Source: an uncultured Gemmatimonadales bacterium (GTDB taxonomy: Bacteria; Gemmatimonadota; Gemmatimonadetes; Gemmatimonadales; Gemmatimonadaceae). Taken from it: DNA of 64,000 nt. Shown in pieces: positions 27,202 to 37,083 of the stretch; positions within the stretch are counted from its first letter, which is position 1, and every line of letters starts with the position of its first letter. The DNA lies in contig OY969695.1 in NCBI GenBank assembly GCA_963701965.1, forward strand, positions 2,464,001-2,528,000. Direction: 5' to 3'. The notes under the pieces are model-generated. The model ran no database searches. It was given only the letters and a program-made list of their open reading frames with translations, and had not been told where the DNA came from. The translations under genes were made by a program, and so were the position numbers.

Positions 27202-30200
27202 ATGAAATCAGCTTTTCGTCTGCTTCTCCTTTCGTCGTTGTCGCTCGCCGGGCCACTGGAGGCGCAACGCGGCGCCGTCAGCGGCCAGGTGACCGACAAG
27301 GCGAACGGAGCGCCCGTGCCCGCCGCATCGGTGGTCATCGTCGGCACGTCGCGCGGGACATCGACGGCGTCCGATGGTCGGTACCACATCGCCAATTTGC
27401 CGGCCGGCCCCGCGCAAGTTCGCATTCTCCGCCTGGGTTTCGAGCCCCAGACCCAGACCATCCAGATCACCGACAACGGGACGGCCACGGCGGATTTCGC
27501 GCTCAATCCGTCCGCGGTCACGCTCGACCAGGTCGTCGTGAGCGCGACCGGCGAGCAACAGCGGCAACGCGAGACCGGGAACGCCGTCTCCACGATCAAT
27601 CCGGATTCGGTGGCCCAACCCGCGGTGGCCGATTTCTCGGACATGCTCAACTCACGCGCGCCCGGCGTCTCTATCGTACAGCAGTCGGGCACCACCGGCG
27701 GCGCGTCCAAGATCCGCATTCGCGGCGCGAACAGCGTCTCGTTGAACAACGACCCGCTGCTCGTCATCGATGGCAATCGCGTCGACAACAACTCGAACTC
27801 GATGTCGGCGAACCTGTTCACGGGCGGCCAGACCATCTCGCGGTTCAATGACCTGAACCCGGACGAGATCGAGGATGTTCAGATCCTCAAGGGTCCGGCG
27901 GCTTCGGCGCTGTACGGCACGGCCGGCGCCAACGGGGTCATCCTGGTCACGACCCGACACGGCGTGCCCGGACACACCAAGTGGTCGTCGCACGCCGAGT
28001 ACGGCTCGGTCCGCGACTACACGAACTACCCGCCGAACTTCCTCGCCAATGGCATCGTGCTGGATGGCAATGGCGTGCCGACCAGCGATTCCACCGGCCA
28101 GTTCAACTGCTTCCTGTTCGAGCAGGGGCAGCCCAACGGTTGCAACATCCTGCCCTCGACGCTGATCGCGTTCAACCCAATGAGCGTCATCTCGCCGTTC
28201 GTGGCCGGCTATCGCGAGAGCTATGGCATCACGGCGTCCGGCGGCACCGAGAACCTCACGTACTTCCTCGGCGCCGACGACTACAACGAGCAGGGCGTCT
28301 ACATCAATAACCGCGACCGCCGCACGAACCTGCGCGCGAACTTCGGCGCCCAGCTTTCGTCGGTGTTGAACGCGAGTGTGAACGTCGGCTACCTCCAGAG
28401 CCGCCTCAGCCTGCCGCAGAATGACAACTCGCTGTACGGTGTGATCGGCCTGTCCCTGACCGGCGGCGCCATCAACGACCCGGTGTGCCACGGCTTCTTT
28501 GCGTGCGTGACGCCAACCAAAGCCAATCTGCTGCTCGCCGAACAGGACAACGACCGGTTCACGACCAGTGGATCGTTGAACTACCACCCGACGAACTGGT
28601 TCTCGGGCGTCGCCAGCGGCGGCCTCGATCTCGGCAACCGGTTCGACAATCTCTTCGAGCCGGCCAACGTCCTGCCCGGATCCCAAGGGGCCGGACTTGG
28701 CACCGCGGCGCCGGCACCGTACACACTCTACACGTACACCGCGAACCTGAGCGGCACGTTCAAGTTCGATCTGTCGTCGACGATCCGGTCCACCACCACG
28801 ATCGGCACGCAGTTCGTGGACGAATCGGCGCGCGGCATTCTGGCGTCCGGCGCGGGTATCGTGCCGGGCACGACCAACCTGGAGGGCGCGACCAGCCAGA
28901 AGACCGCGAACCAACCGGACTCCGAAGTCGTCACGTTCGGCGGCCTGGGATCGCAAGAGTTCTCGTGGCGCGACAAGGTCTTCCTGACGGCGGCCGTCCG
29001 CGCCGACGAAAGCAGCGCGTTCGGTAAGAACAACGACCTCGTCTGGTACCCGAATTTCAGTGCCTCATGGGTCATCGGCGAGGAGCCGTTCTTCCCCAAG
29101 TCGGCGATCGTGAGCTCGCTGCGACTGCGCGGCGCCTACGGCGAGTCGGGCCAGCGTCCGGATTTCCGTCAGGCCGAAACGTTCTACCAACCGATCGGCC
29201 AGACGAAGACCGGCATCGACCTGGGCGGCCTGACGCTGGGCGGTCTGGGCTTCCCGAACCTCAAGCCCGAGATCTCGCGCGAGATCGAAGGCGGCCTCGA
29301 CGTCGGGTTCTGGAAAGACCGCATCAACGCGACGTTCACGTTCTATAACAAGACGACGACCGACGCGCTCATTGCCGTTCCCGAAGCCGCGGACGTCTGC
29401 GGCGACACCCAGGTCGAGATCTGCAACGTCTTCCAGAACCTGGGCACGGTCAACAACAACGGCTTCGAGTTGGGCCTGAGCGGCACGGTCGTCAACACCA
29501 AGCCGTTCCGCTTCGACATGACGGTGAACGGATCGGAGAACAACAACAAGCTGCTGAAGCTGGGCCTGGCCGCACCGGTGTTGATCAACACCGCGATCGA
29601 CAATCCGGTGCAGGAGCACATCGCGGGGCACACGCTGGGTGTGTACTTCGCGACGCCCTACACGTTCAAGGATCTCAACCACGACGGGATCATCGAGCCC
29701 AACGAGATCACGCTGGGTAAGAATCCGGTCTTCCTCGGCGGCCCGAACCCCAAGGGCGAGTGGACGCTGTCGCCGGAATTCACGTTCTTCGGTCTGATCA
29801 AGGTCGGCTCGCTGTTCGATCGCCGCTATGGATCGCGGAACCTGAACTTCTCCGAGGAGTTCCGCTGCTTCGCCGCGTTCAACTGCGCCGCGGAGTACGA
29901 CAAGAAGGCGTCGCTGGCGTCACAGGCGGCGTTCGTGGCGGCATTCAACGACAACACCGACTACGGCTACATCGAGAACACGGCGTTCTGGAAGTGGCGC
30001 GAGCTGTCGGTCACGCTCATTGCGCCGCGGCCGTGGCTGCGCTTCTTGCACGTGTCGGATCTCAATATCCAGTTGGCCGAGCGGAACGTCGCGACGTGGA
30101 CGCATTACACGGGATACGATCCGGAGCTCAATTTCCAGAGCACGGGCTCGAATTTCTCCACGGCGGATTTCCTCACGCAACCGTTGGTGCGCTACTACAC

Positions 30201-30225
30201 GATGCGCATCAATGTCGGCCTCTAA
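27202..30225 (+). CDS. SusC/RagA family TonB-dependent outer membrane protein (copy 1)
   Basis: KIRIRGANS, PLLVIDG, DLNPDEIEDVQILKGPAASALYGTAGANGVILVTT, LKPEISRE; RBS GGAGG. Confidence 0.95.
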   Translation: MKSAFRLLLLSSLSLAGPLEAQRGAVSGQVTDKANGAPVPAASVVIVGTSRGTSTASDGRYHIANLPAGPAQVRILRLGFEPQTQTIQITDNGTATADFALNPSAVTLDQVVVSATGEQQRQRETGNAVSTINPDSVAQPAVADFSDMLNSRAPGVSIVQQSGTTGGASKIRIRGANSVSLNNDPLLVIDGNRVDNNSNSMSANLFTGGQTISRFNDLNPDEIEDVQILKGPAASALYGTAGANGVILVTTRHGVPGHTKWSSHAEYGSVRDYTNYPPNFLANGIVLDGNGVPTSDSTGQFNCFLFEQGQPNGCNILPSTLIAFNPMSVISPFVAGYRESYGITASGGTENLTYFLGADDYNEQGVYINNRDRRTNLRANFGAQLSSVLNASVNVGYLQSRLSLPQNDNSLYGVIGLSLTGGAINDPVCHGFFACVTPTKANLLLAEQDNDRFTTSGSLNYHPTNWFSGVASGGLDLGNRFDNLFEPANVLPGSQGAGLGTAAPAPYTLYTYTANLSGTFKFDLSSTIRSTTTIGTQFVDESARGILASGAGIVPGTTNLEGATSQKTANQPDSEVVTFGGLGSQEFSWRDKVFLTAAVRADESSAFGKNNDLVWYPNFSASWVIGEEPFFPKSAIVSSLRLRGAYGESGQRPDFRQAETFYQPIGQTKTGIDLGGLTLGGLGFPNLKPEISREIEGGLDVGFWKDRINATFTFYNKTTTDALIAVPEAADVCGDTQVEICNVFQNLGTVNNNGFELGLSGTVVNTKPFRFDMTVNGSENNNKLLKLGLAAPVLINTAIDNPVQEHIAGHTLGVYFATPYTFKDLNHDGIIEPNEITLGKNPVFLGGPNPKGEWTLSPEFTFFGLIKVGSLFDRRYGSRNLNFSEEFRCFAAFNCAAEYDKKASLASQAAFVAAFNDNTDYGYIENTAFWKWRELSVTLIAPRPWLRFLHVSDLNIQLAERNVATWTHYTGYDPELNFQSTGSNFSTADFLTQPLVRYYTMRINVGL

Positions 30226-30241
30226 CCCGGTGACCTCACCC

Positions 30242-31645
30242 ATGACGAAAACGATCGCGCTTGGCCTCGTCGTGCTGGCGGCCGCCGCGTGCAATCCCAA
30301 CGCCGCGCTCAAGCCAAAAGACGGGGGAGTCGTAACCACGGTCAACGCCGGGTCGCTGCCCGGCATCTATATCGGTGCGCTCAGCGACTTCCAGGTCGCG
30401 TGGTCCGGCGCCGGCAATGAAGCCAACGGCGGACACGAAGGCAACGTCGGTCTCTCGGCGATTTTCACCGACGAGCTGACCGCCGCCGGTCTCGATGAAT
30501 TCACGTTCCGGCGGAACTTGGACAGCCGCCAGGCCACGCCGTCCAATCCGCAGTTGGCGGGCATTTTCAATGATTTGTCCGGCGCGCGACACTCGACCGA
30601 GAATGCCGCGGCCGATTTCGCGAAGTTCGCTCCGAATGACCTCGGACGTGCCGAAATGCTCGCCCTCGAGGGCTACACATACATCGTCTTTGCCGAGATG
30701 TGGTGCACGGGCATTCCGTTCGGCGAGTTGACGTCGGACGGGAAACCGATCTACGGGACGCCGCTGCGGACGGGGCAGATGGACACCATCGCGCTCCAGA
30801 AGTTCGACTCGGCCACCGCGCTGGCTAAAGCGGACACCAGCAACCAAACCATCCTGGCCCTGACGCAAGTCGGTCGGGCCCGGGTCCTACTCGATCTGGG
30901 TCAGTTCGACGCGGCGGGTGCCGCGGCCGACTCGGCCTTGGCGGGCGATCCCCAGCTCGTCTATCAGATGGAGAATTCGCTCAACTCCGGGCGCCAGTTC
31001 AACGGCGTCTGGCAGTTTGTGCAAGGGAACAACGCGTGGGGCGTCGTCGACAAGAAGGGCGGCAACGGCTTGAATTTCATTTCCGCCCAGGACCCGCGTA
31101 TCCTGTGGGTCGACAGCCATCAGGTCGGCTCGCTCGGCGTCGATACCCCGTTCTTCGACATGAAGTATCCCACGAAAAACTCTAGCATCACGCTGGCCAG
31201 CGCCACCGAGGCCACGCTGATCAGCGCCGAGCGCGATCTCCACGACGGGAATGTCTCGTCGTGGGCGAGCAAGCTCAACGGACTGCGGGCGGCCTCGGGC
31301 CTCGTCCAGACTGTGTTCGACACGATCACCGTGTCACCGCTCAAGGTCGACACGCTCCGCGGGCCTCTGCCGGCACTCACCGCGGATTCGACCACCGGGG
31401 CGTCCGACTCGCTCAGGGTCGAGGTGCACTTCCGGGAACGGGAATTCTGGCTGTGGCTCACGGGCACCCGCTTGGGCGACCTGCGGCGACTCCTGAATCA
31501 GACCCAGTACCCCCAAGGCCAGTGGGGAACGCACAACGACTTCCCGCTGAACGAACCCGGCAGCGACGTGCGGTTCTCGGTGCCGGTCACCGAGCAGAAC
31601 AACCCGAACTTCAAGCAGTGCGGAGATGTCGGACACGAGCAATAA
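30242..31645 (+). CDS. SusD/RagB-like lipoprotein (copy 1)
   Basis: Lipobox AAAC; GRARVLLDLG; EATLISAE; FREREFWLWLTGTRLGDLRRL; EQNNPN. Confidence 0.88.
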   Translation: MTKTIALGLVVLAAAACNPNAALKPKDGGVVTTVNAGSLPGIYIGALSDFQVAWSGAGNEANGGHEGNVGLSAIFTDELTAAGLDEFTFRRNLDSRQATPSNPQLAGIFNDLSGARHSTENAAADFAKFAPNDLGRAEMLALEGYTYIVFAEMWCTGIPFGELTSDGKPIYGTPLRTGQMDTIALQKFDSATALAKADTSNQTILALTQVGRARVLLDLGQFDAAGAAADSALAGDPQLVYQMENSLNSGRQFNGVWQFVQGNNAWGVVDKKGGNGLNFISAQDPRILWVDSHQVGSLGVDTPFFDMKYPTKNSSITLASATEATLISAERDLHDGNVSSWASKLNGLRAASGLVQTVFDTITVSPLKVDTLRGPLPALTADSTTGASDSLRVEVHFREREFWLWLTGTRLGDLRRLLNQTQYPQGQWGTHNDFPLNEPGSDVRFSVPVTEQNNPNFKQCGDVGHEQ

Positions 31646-31703
31646 GTAGCCGCTGCTCTCAGTACTGAACTAACTCTGTAGTCGTCGGGTAGTCGTACCA
31701 CCT

Positions 31704-31735
31704 CGCAGGCCGGAGCGCATACGCTCCGGCCTGCG
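31704..31735 (+). terminator. Perfect 14-bp hairpin between the two susCD units
   Basis: CGCAGGCCGGAGCG-CATA-CGCTCCGGCCTGCG. Confidence 0.7.
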
Positions 31736-31869
31736 TGTCTTCCCCCCCAGCGTCGCATTCGACACGCGCGATCGCGCCTTCGTCCCCGGGCGCATCGAGA
31801 CCCGCGGACGCAATCCTACATTCGGCGGTTCACCCACACGCGCGCGATCGACGCGCGGGAGGATCGCCT

Positions 31870-34800
31870 ATGTTCCCACGTTTCTGTCTGTCTGTGCTGT
31901 CCGCGGAGCTCGCTCTTCTGGCCATGGCCGCGGCACCAGCCCGCGCCCAACGAGGCAGCGTCACCGGACACGTCAGTGACCGGGCCAACGGGGCAGCCGT
32001 GCCCGCGGCCTCGGTCGTCATTGTCGGCACGACGCGCGGCACGACGACGGGCGCCGATGGCCACTACCGCATCATCAATCTGCCGCGCGGCGCTGCACAG
32101 ATCCGTGTCCTCCGCTTGGGCTTCGAGCCGCAGACATCGAACGTCCAGATCCCGGATACCGGCACGGTCACCGTCGATTTCACGCTCGTCCCATCGGCGG
32201 TCAAGCTCGATCAGGTCGTCGTGAGCGCGGCGGGCGAGCAGCAGCGCCAGCGGGAAACGGGCAACGCCGTGTCCTCAATCAGTCCGGATTCTATTGCCCA
32301 ACCGGCCGTCGCCAGCTTCTCGGATCTCCTGAACTCCCGCGCCACCGGGGTGTCCGTCGTCCAACAGTCCGGCACGACGGGAGGCGCATCCAAGATCCGC
32401 ATCCGCGGCGCCAACAGCGTCTCGCTCAGCAACGACCCGCTGCTCGTCATCGACGGCAATCGCGTCGACAACAACTCGAACTCGGCGTCCAGCAATCTCT
32501 TCACGGGCGGCCAGACCCCGTCGCGTTTCGACGACCTCAACCCGGATGAGATCGAAGACGTCCAGATCCTGAAGGGTCCGGCGGCTTCGGCGCTCTACGG
32601 CACCGCCGGCGCCAACGGCGTCATCCTCGTCACGACCAAGCACGGCGTCCCGGGCCGCACCAAATGGTCGGCGCACGCCGAGTACGGCTCCGTCCGCGAC
32701 TACACCGATTACCCGCCCAACTTCACGATCAACGGCCTCGCCCTCGACGGCAACGGCCAGCCGATCGCCGGCGACACGGTGGTTGGCTGCTTGGTGGCCA
32801 CCAAAGGACAGCCGGACGGCTGCAACCCGATCGCGAGCTCGCTCCTCGCCTTCAATCCCATGAGCGCGATCTCGCCGTTCGTGGCCGGCTATCGCGAGAG
32901 CTATGGCATCACGGCATCCGGCGGCACCGAAAACCTGACGTACTTCCTGAGCGCCGAGGACTACAACGAACAAGGCGTCTATATCAACAACCGGAGCCGG
33001 CGCACGAACCTCCGCGCCAATTTCGGCGCTCAACTCTCGTCGGTGCTCAACGCGCACGTGAACGTCGGCTACCTGCAGAGCCGCCTCGATCTGCCGCAGA
33101 ACGACAACTCCCTCTTCGGCGTCATCGGACTCTCGCTCACCGGGACCGCCATCAACGATCCGGTGTGCCACGGCTTCTTCGCCTGCATCACGCCGGACCA
33201 GGCGGCGCTCTTACTCACCGAGCAGGATATCGATCGGTTCACGACCAGCGCCGATCTGAACTACCACCCGACGAGCTGGTTCTCGGGTGTCGCCACTGGC
33301 GGGTTGGACCTGGGCGACCGGTTCGACAATGCCTTCACGCCACCGAACGTGCTGCCCGGATCCCAGGGAGCCGGACTCGGTGCCGCGGCGCCCGCGCCGT
33401 ATACGCTCTGGACGTACACGGCGAACCTGAGCGGCACGTTCAAGTTCGACATCAATCCGTCGATCCGGTCCACGACGACGATCGGCACGCAGTTCGTCGA
33501 CCAAACGAGCCGGGGCATCGTCTCGTCCGGCGCCGGCATTGTGCCCGGACTGGGGAACCTGGCCGGCGCGACGTCGCAGTTCACGACCACGCAGCCGGAT
33601 TCCACCATCGTCACGTTCGGTGGGCTGGGGTCGCAGCAGTTCTCCTGGCGCGACAAGGTCTTCTTGACCGCCGCCGTTCGCGCCGACGAGAGCAGCGCGT
33701 TCGGGACGCAGAACGACCTGGTGTGGTATCCCAACTTCAGCGCGTCCTGGGTGCTCGGCGAGGAGCCGTTCTTTCCCAAGTCGGCGATCGTGAGCTCGCT
33801 GCGCGTGCGCGGCGCCTACGGCGAGTCGGGCCAGCGTCCGGCGTTTCGCCAGGCCGAGACGTTCTTTCAAGCCATCGGATCCACTCGCGAGGGCGTGGAT
33901 GTCGGCGGCCTGACGTTGGGCGGCATCGGTACACCGACGCTCAAGCCGGAGGTCTCGCGCGAGATCGAGGGAGGACTGGACGTCGGATTCTGGCGCGACC
34001 GCATCAACGTCGAATTCACGGTCTACAACAAGACCACGAGCGACGCGCTGATCCAACTGACGTACCCACCGTCGGCGTGCGGGCTCAATCTGGGCTCGAA
34101 TGCCACGAACCTGAGCACGTGCGTGGCGTTCCACAATCTGGGCGAAGTCAACAACAACGGCTTCGAGCTCGGGATCAACGGCACCGTCGTGGACACCCGC
34201 CGGTTCCGGTTCGATATGACCATCAATGGCGCCGAGAACAACAACAAGCTGATCACGCTGGGGTTGCCGGCGCCGATCGTGTTCAACACGGCCGCCGTCA
34301 ACCCGACGCAGGAGTTCATCGCCGGCAAACCCCTCGGCGTCTATACGGCGATCCCGTACACGTTCAAGGATCTGAATCACGACGGGATCATCGAACCCAA
34401 CGAGGTCACGCTGGGAAAGAATCCGGTCTTCCTCGGTGGACCAAACCCCAAGGGCGAATGGACGCTGGTGCCGGAGTTCACGTTCTTCGGCCTGGTGAAA
34501 GTCAGTTCCACGTTCGACCGCCGCTACGGCTCCCGCACGCTCAACTTCAGCGAGGAGTTCCGGTGCATCGACGCGGTGAACTGCCAGGGAATGTTCGATC
34601 CGCACGCGCCGCTGGCCCGGCAGGCGGCGTTCGTGGGCGCCGAGTTCCTCGGCACCGACTACGGGTACATCGAGAACAACGCGTTCTGGAAGTGGCGCGA
34701 GTTGGCGGTCACGCTGATCGCGCCGCGCGCCTGGACGCGCAAGCTGCATGTGTCCGACCTCAGCCTGCAGCTCGCCGAACGCAACGTCGCCACGTGGACG

Positions 34801-34923
34801 CATTACACTGGCTACGATCCGGAAATCAATTTCATCAGTACCGGCTCGAACTTCACGACGGCGGATTTCCTCACCCAACCGCCCGTGCGCTACTACACGA
34901 TGCGCATCAACCTTGGCCTCTGA
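31870..34923 (+). CDS. SusC/RagA family TonB-dependent outer membrane protein (copy 2)
   Basis: Collinear paralogue of 27202..30225 with long identical peptide blocks. Confidence 0.95.
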   Translation: MFPRFCLSVLSAELALLAMAAAPARAQRGSVTGHVSDRANGAAVPAASVVIVGTTRGTTTGADGHYRIINLPRGAAQIRVLRLGFEPQTSNVQIPDTGTVTVDFTLVPSAVKLDQVVVSAAGEQQRQRETGNAVSSISPDSIAQPAVASFSDLLNSRATGVSVVQQSGTTGGASKIRIRGANSVSLSNDPLLVIDGNRVDNNSNSASSNLFTGGQTPSRFDDLNPDEIEDVQILKGPAASALYGTAGANGVILVTTKHGVPGRTKWSAHAEYGSVRDYTDYPPNFTINGLALDGNGQPIAGDTVVGCLVATKGQPDGCNPIASSLLAFNPMSAISPFVAGYRESYGITASGGTENLTYFLSAEDYNEQGVYINNRSRRTNLRANFGAQLSSVLNAHVNVGYLQSRLDLPQNDNSLFGVIGLSLTGTAINDPVCHGFFACITPDQAALLLTEQDIDRFTTSADLNYHPTSWFSGVATGGLDLGDRFDNAFTPPNVLPGSQGAGLGAAAPAPYTLWTYTANLSGTFKFDINPSIRSTTTIGTQFVDQTSRGIVSSGAGIVPGLGNLAGATSQFTTTQPDSTIVTFGGLGSQQFSWRDKVFLTAAVRADESSAFGTQNDLVWYPNFSASWVLGEEPFFPKSAIVSSLRVRGAYGESGQRPAFRQAETFFQAIGSTREGVDVGGLTLGGIGTPTLKPEVSREIEGGLDVGFWRDRINVEFTVYNKTTSDALIQLTYPPSACGLNLGSNATNLSTCVAFHNLGEVNNNGFELGINGTVVDTRRFRFDMTINGAENNNKLITLGLPAPIVFNTAAVNPTQEFIAGKPLGVYTAIPYTFKDLNHDGIIEPNEVTLGKNPVFLGGPNPKGEWTLVPEFTFFGLVKVSSTFDRRYGSRTLNFSEEFRCIDAVNCQGMFDPHAPLARQAAFVGAEFLGTDYGYIENNAFWKWRELAVTLIAPRAWTRKLHVSDLSLQLAERNVATWTHYTGYDPEINFISTGSNFTTADFLTQPPVRYYTMRINLGL

Positions 34924-34937
34924 CGGTGACCCTTCCC

Positions 34938-36254
34938 ATGACGAAAACGATCATGCTCGGCCTCGTCGTGCTGGCGGCCGCCGCTTGCAATCCGAACGCG
35001 GCGCTCAAACCCAAGGACCCGTCGGTGGTCTCCACCATCACCGAGGCTTCCCTCCCCGGTATCTACGCCGGCTCGATCAGCGATTTTCAGGTGGCGTGGT
35101 CCGGCGCGGGCGATCAAACCAACGGCGCGCACGAAGGCAACGTCGGGATGTCCGCGATCTTCACCGATGAATTGACGGCGGACGGTCTCGACGAGTTCAT
35201 CTTCCGGCAGAACATCAGTGACCGGGTCGCGACGCCGGCCAACACGCAACTGTACGGCATCTTCAGCGACCTGTCGGCGGCGCGACACTCCACGGAGACG
35301 GCCGCCGCGAACTTCGCCAAGTTGGCACCCAAAGATCTGGGGCGGGCCGAGGTGATGAGCCTCGAGGCATACACGTACGTCCTCTTCGCGGAGATCTGGT
35401 GCGCGGGCGTGCCGTTCAGCGAGCTCAATACCGACGGCTCGGTGGCATTTGGCGATCCCCTGACCACGCCCCAGATGCTGGGCATCGCCATTCAGAAGTT
35501 CGACTCGGCCACGGCGCTGGCGGCGGGCGACACGTCGAACGCCGACATCCTGGCCCTGTCGCGGCTGGGGAAGGCGCGCGCCCTGCTCGACTCCGGCGCG
35601 TTCGACGCCGCGGGCGCGACGGCGGATTCCGTGCTGGCCGCCGACCCGACGCTCAACTACCAGATCGACAACTCGCTCAACTCGCCCCGGCAGTTCAACG
35701 GCGTGTGGCAGTATGTACAAGCCAACAATGCCTGGGGCGTCGTGAACCGGAAGGGGGGGAACGGGCTGGACTTCATGTCGGCGAACGACCCCCGCGTGCT
35801 CTGGATCGACAGCCACACGCTGGGTTCGCTCAGTGTCGACACGGTGATCTTCCAGTTGAAGTATCCGCAAAAGCAAGCGAGCGCGACGCTGGGCAGCGCC
35901 ACCGAAGCCGCCTTGATCAGCGCCGAGCGGGATCTGCACGACGGCAACATCGCCTCGTGGGCCACGAAGCTGAACACGCTGCGGACGACATCCGGCTTGG
36001 GGTTGGCGCCGCTGCCGGCCGATTCCACAACGGGGGCGTCCTCAGCGATGCAGCGGGAGGTGCACTTCCGCGAGCGGGCGTTCTGGCTCTGGCTGACGGG
36101 ATCGCGGCTCGGCGATCTCCGCCGCCTCCTCTCGCAGTACCACGTCAACGATTTTCCGGACGCCACGGGGAGCGACATTCGATTCCCCGTGCCGCTCCAG
36201 GAAGACAACAACCCGAAGTTCCACGGCTGCCTGGATAGCGGCCACGAGACCTAG
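34938..36254 (+). CDS. SusD/RagB-like lipoprotein (copy 2)
   Basis: MTKTIMLGLVVLAAAACNPNAALKPKD; paralogue of 30242..31645. Confidence 0.88.
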   Translation: MTKTIMLGLVVLAAAACNPNAALKPKDPSVVSTITEASLPGIYAGSISDFQVAWSGAGDQTNGAHEGNVGMSAIFTDELTADGLDEFIFRQNISDRVATPANTQLYGIFSDLSAARHSTETAAANFAKLAPKDLGRAEVMSLEAYTYVLFAEIWCAGVPFSELNTDGSVAFGDPLTTPQMLGIAIQKFDSATALAAGDTSNADILALSRLGKARALLDSGAFDAAGATADSVLAADPTLNYQIDNSLNSPRQFNGVWQYVQANNAWGVVNRKGGNGLDFMSANDPRVLWIDSHTLGSLSVDTVIFQLKYPQKQASATLGSATEAALISAERDLHDGNIASWATKLNTLRTTSGLGLAPLPADSTTGASSAMQREVHFRERAFWLWLTGSRLGDLRRLLSQYHVNDFPDATGSDIRFPVPLQEDNNPKFHGCLDSGHET

Positions 36255-36261
36255 CGAATGC

Positions 36262-37071
36262 CTACCGCGATCGGCGCCCGTGCAACGGGAGCCGGTCGCG
36301 GTACGTGCGACTCAGCTTGAGCCGCGTCCCGTCCCGGAGAATCACGACGTAGTTCCCGGCAAACCAGGGCTGGAGCTCCTGGATGCGATCGACGTTGACG
36401 ATGATCGTGCGGTGAATGCGCACGAAGATCGCCGGATCGAGCGTCGCCTCCAGGCCCTGCATCGTCTCCCGCAGGAGCGATGCCCCTTTGCCCACGTGCA
36501 GCCGCACGTAGTTGCCAGCGGCCTCGAACCAATCGACCTCGGACACCCGCACGAACACGACGCGACCATCGCGCTTGACCGTGAGCCGCGAGGCGTACCG
36601 GAGATTGCGCCCGGCATCAGTCGCCACAACCGCGCGCTCGGGCGTCATCCCGAACTCGCTCTCCACCAGGGCGCGGAGTCGCCGCCCCAGCTCGGCCAAT
36701 GTCAGCTGATCGAGCTGCGCGCGGGCGCGGCGGAACGCCGTCTGGAACCGCTCGGTGTCGAACGGCTTGAGCAGATAATCCGTGGCGTGCACCTCGAACG
36801 CGCGCAGGGCGTGGGCATCGTGCGCCGTCACGAAGATCACCGGCGGCATGGCCTCGGCGCCGATCTCGGCGACGACGCCAAACCCGTCGATGTCCGGGAG
36901 CTGCACGTCGAGCAGGACCAGGTCCGGCAGCGCGGTGCGAATGGCGTCGATCGCGGCGCGCCCCGTGGGGCACTCGGCGACAATCTCGACGTCGGGCTCG
37001 GCGTTGAGCAAACGCTGCAGCCGCCGCCGGGCAATCGGCTCGTCGTCGACTATGGCAACGCGTATCGTCAT
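36262..37071 (-). CDS. LytTR family response regulator
   Basis: IVDDEPIAR, LLDVQLP, FVTAHD, DYLLKP; EAAGNYVRLH, FVRIHRTIIVN. Confidence 0.96.
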   Translation of the reverse strand: MTIRVAIVDDEPIARRRLQRLLNAEPDVEIVAECPTGRAAIDAIRTALPDLVLLDVQLPDIDGFGVVAEIGAEAMPPVIFVTAHDAHALRAFEVHATDYLLKPFDTERFQTAFRRARAQLDQLTLAELGRRLRALVESEFGMTPERAVVATDAGRNLRYASRLTVKRDGRVVFVRVSEVDWFEAAGNYVRLHVGKGASLLRETMQGLEATLDPAIFVRIHRTIIVNVDRIQELQPWFAGNYVVILRDGTRLKLSRTYRDRLPLHGRRSR

Positions 37072-37083
37072 ACGGCACTCTCG

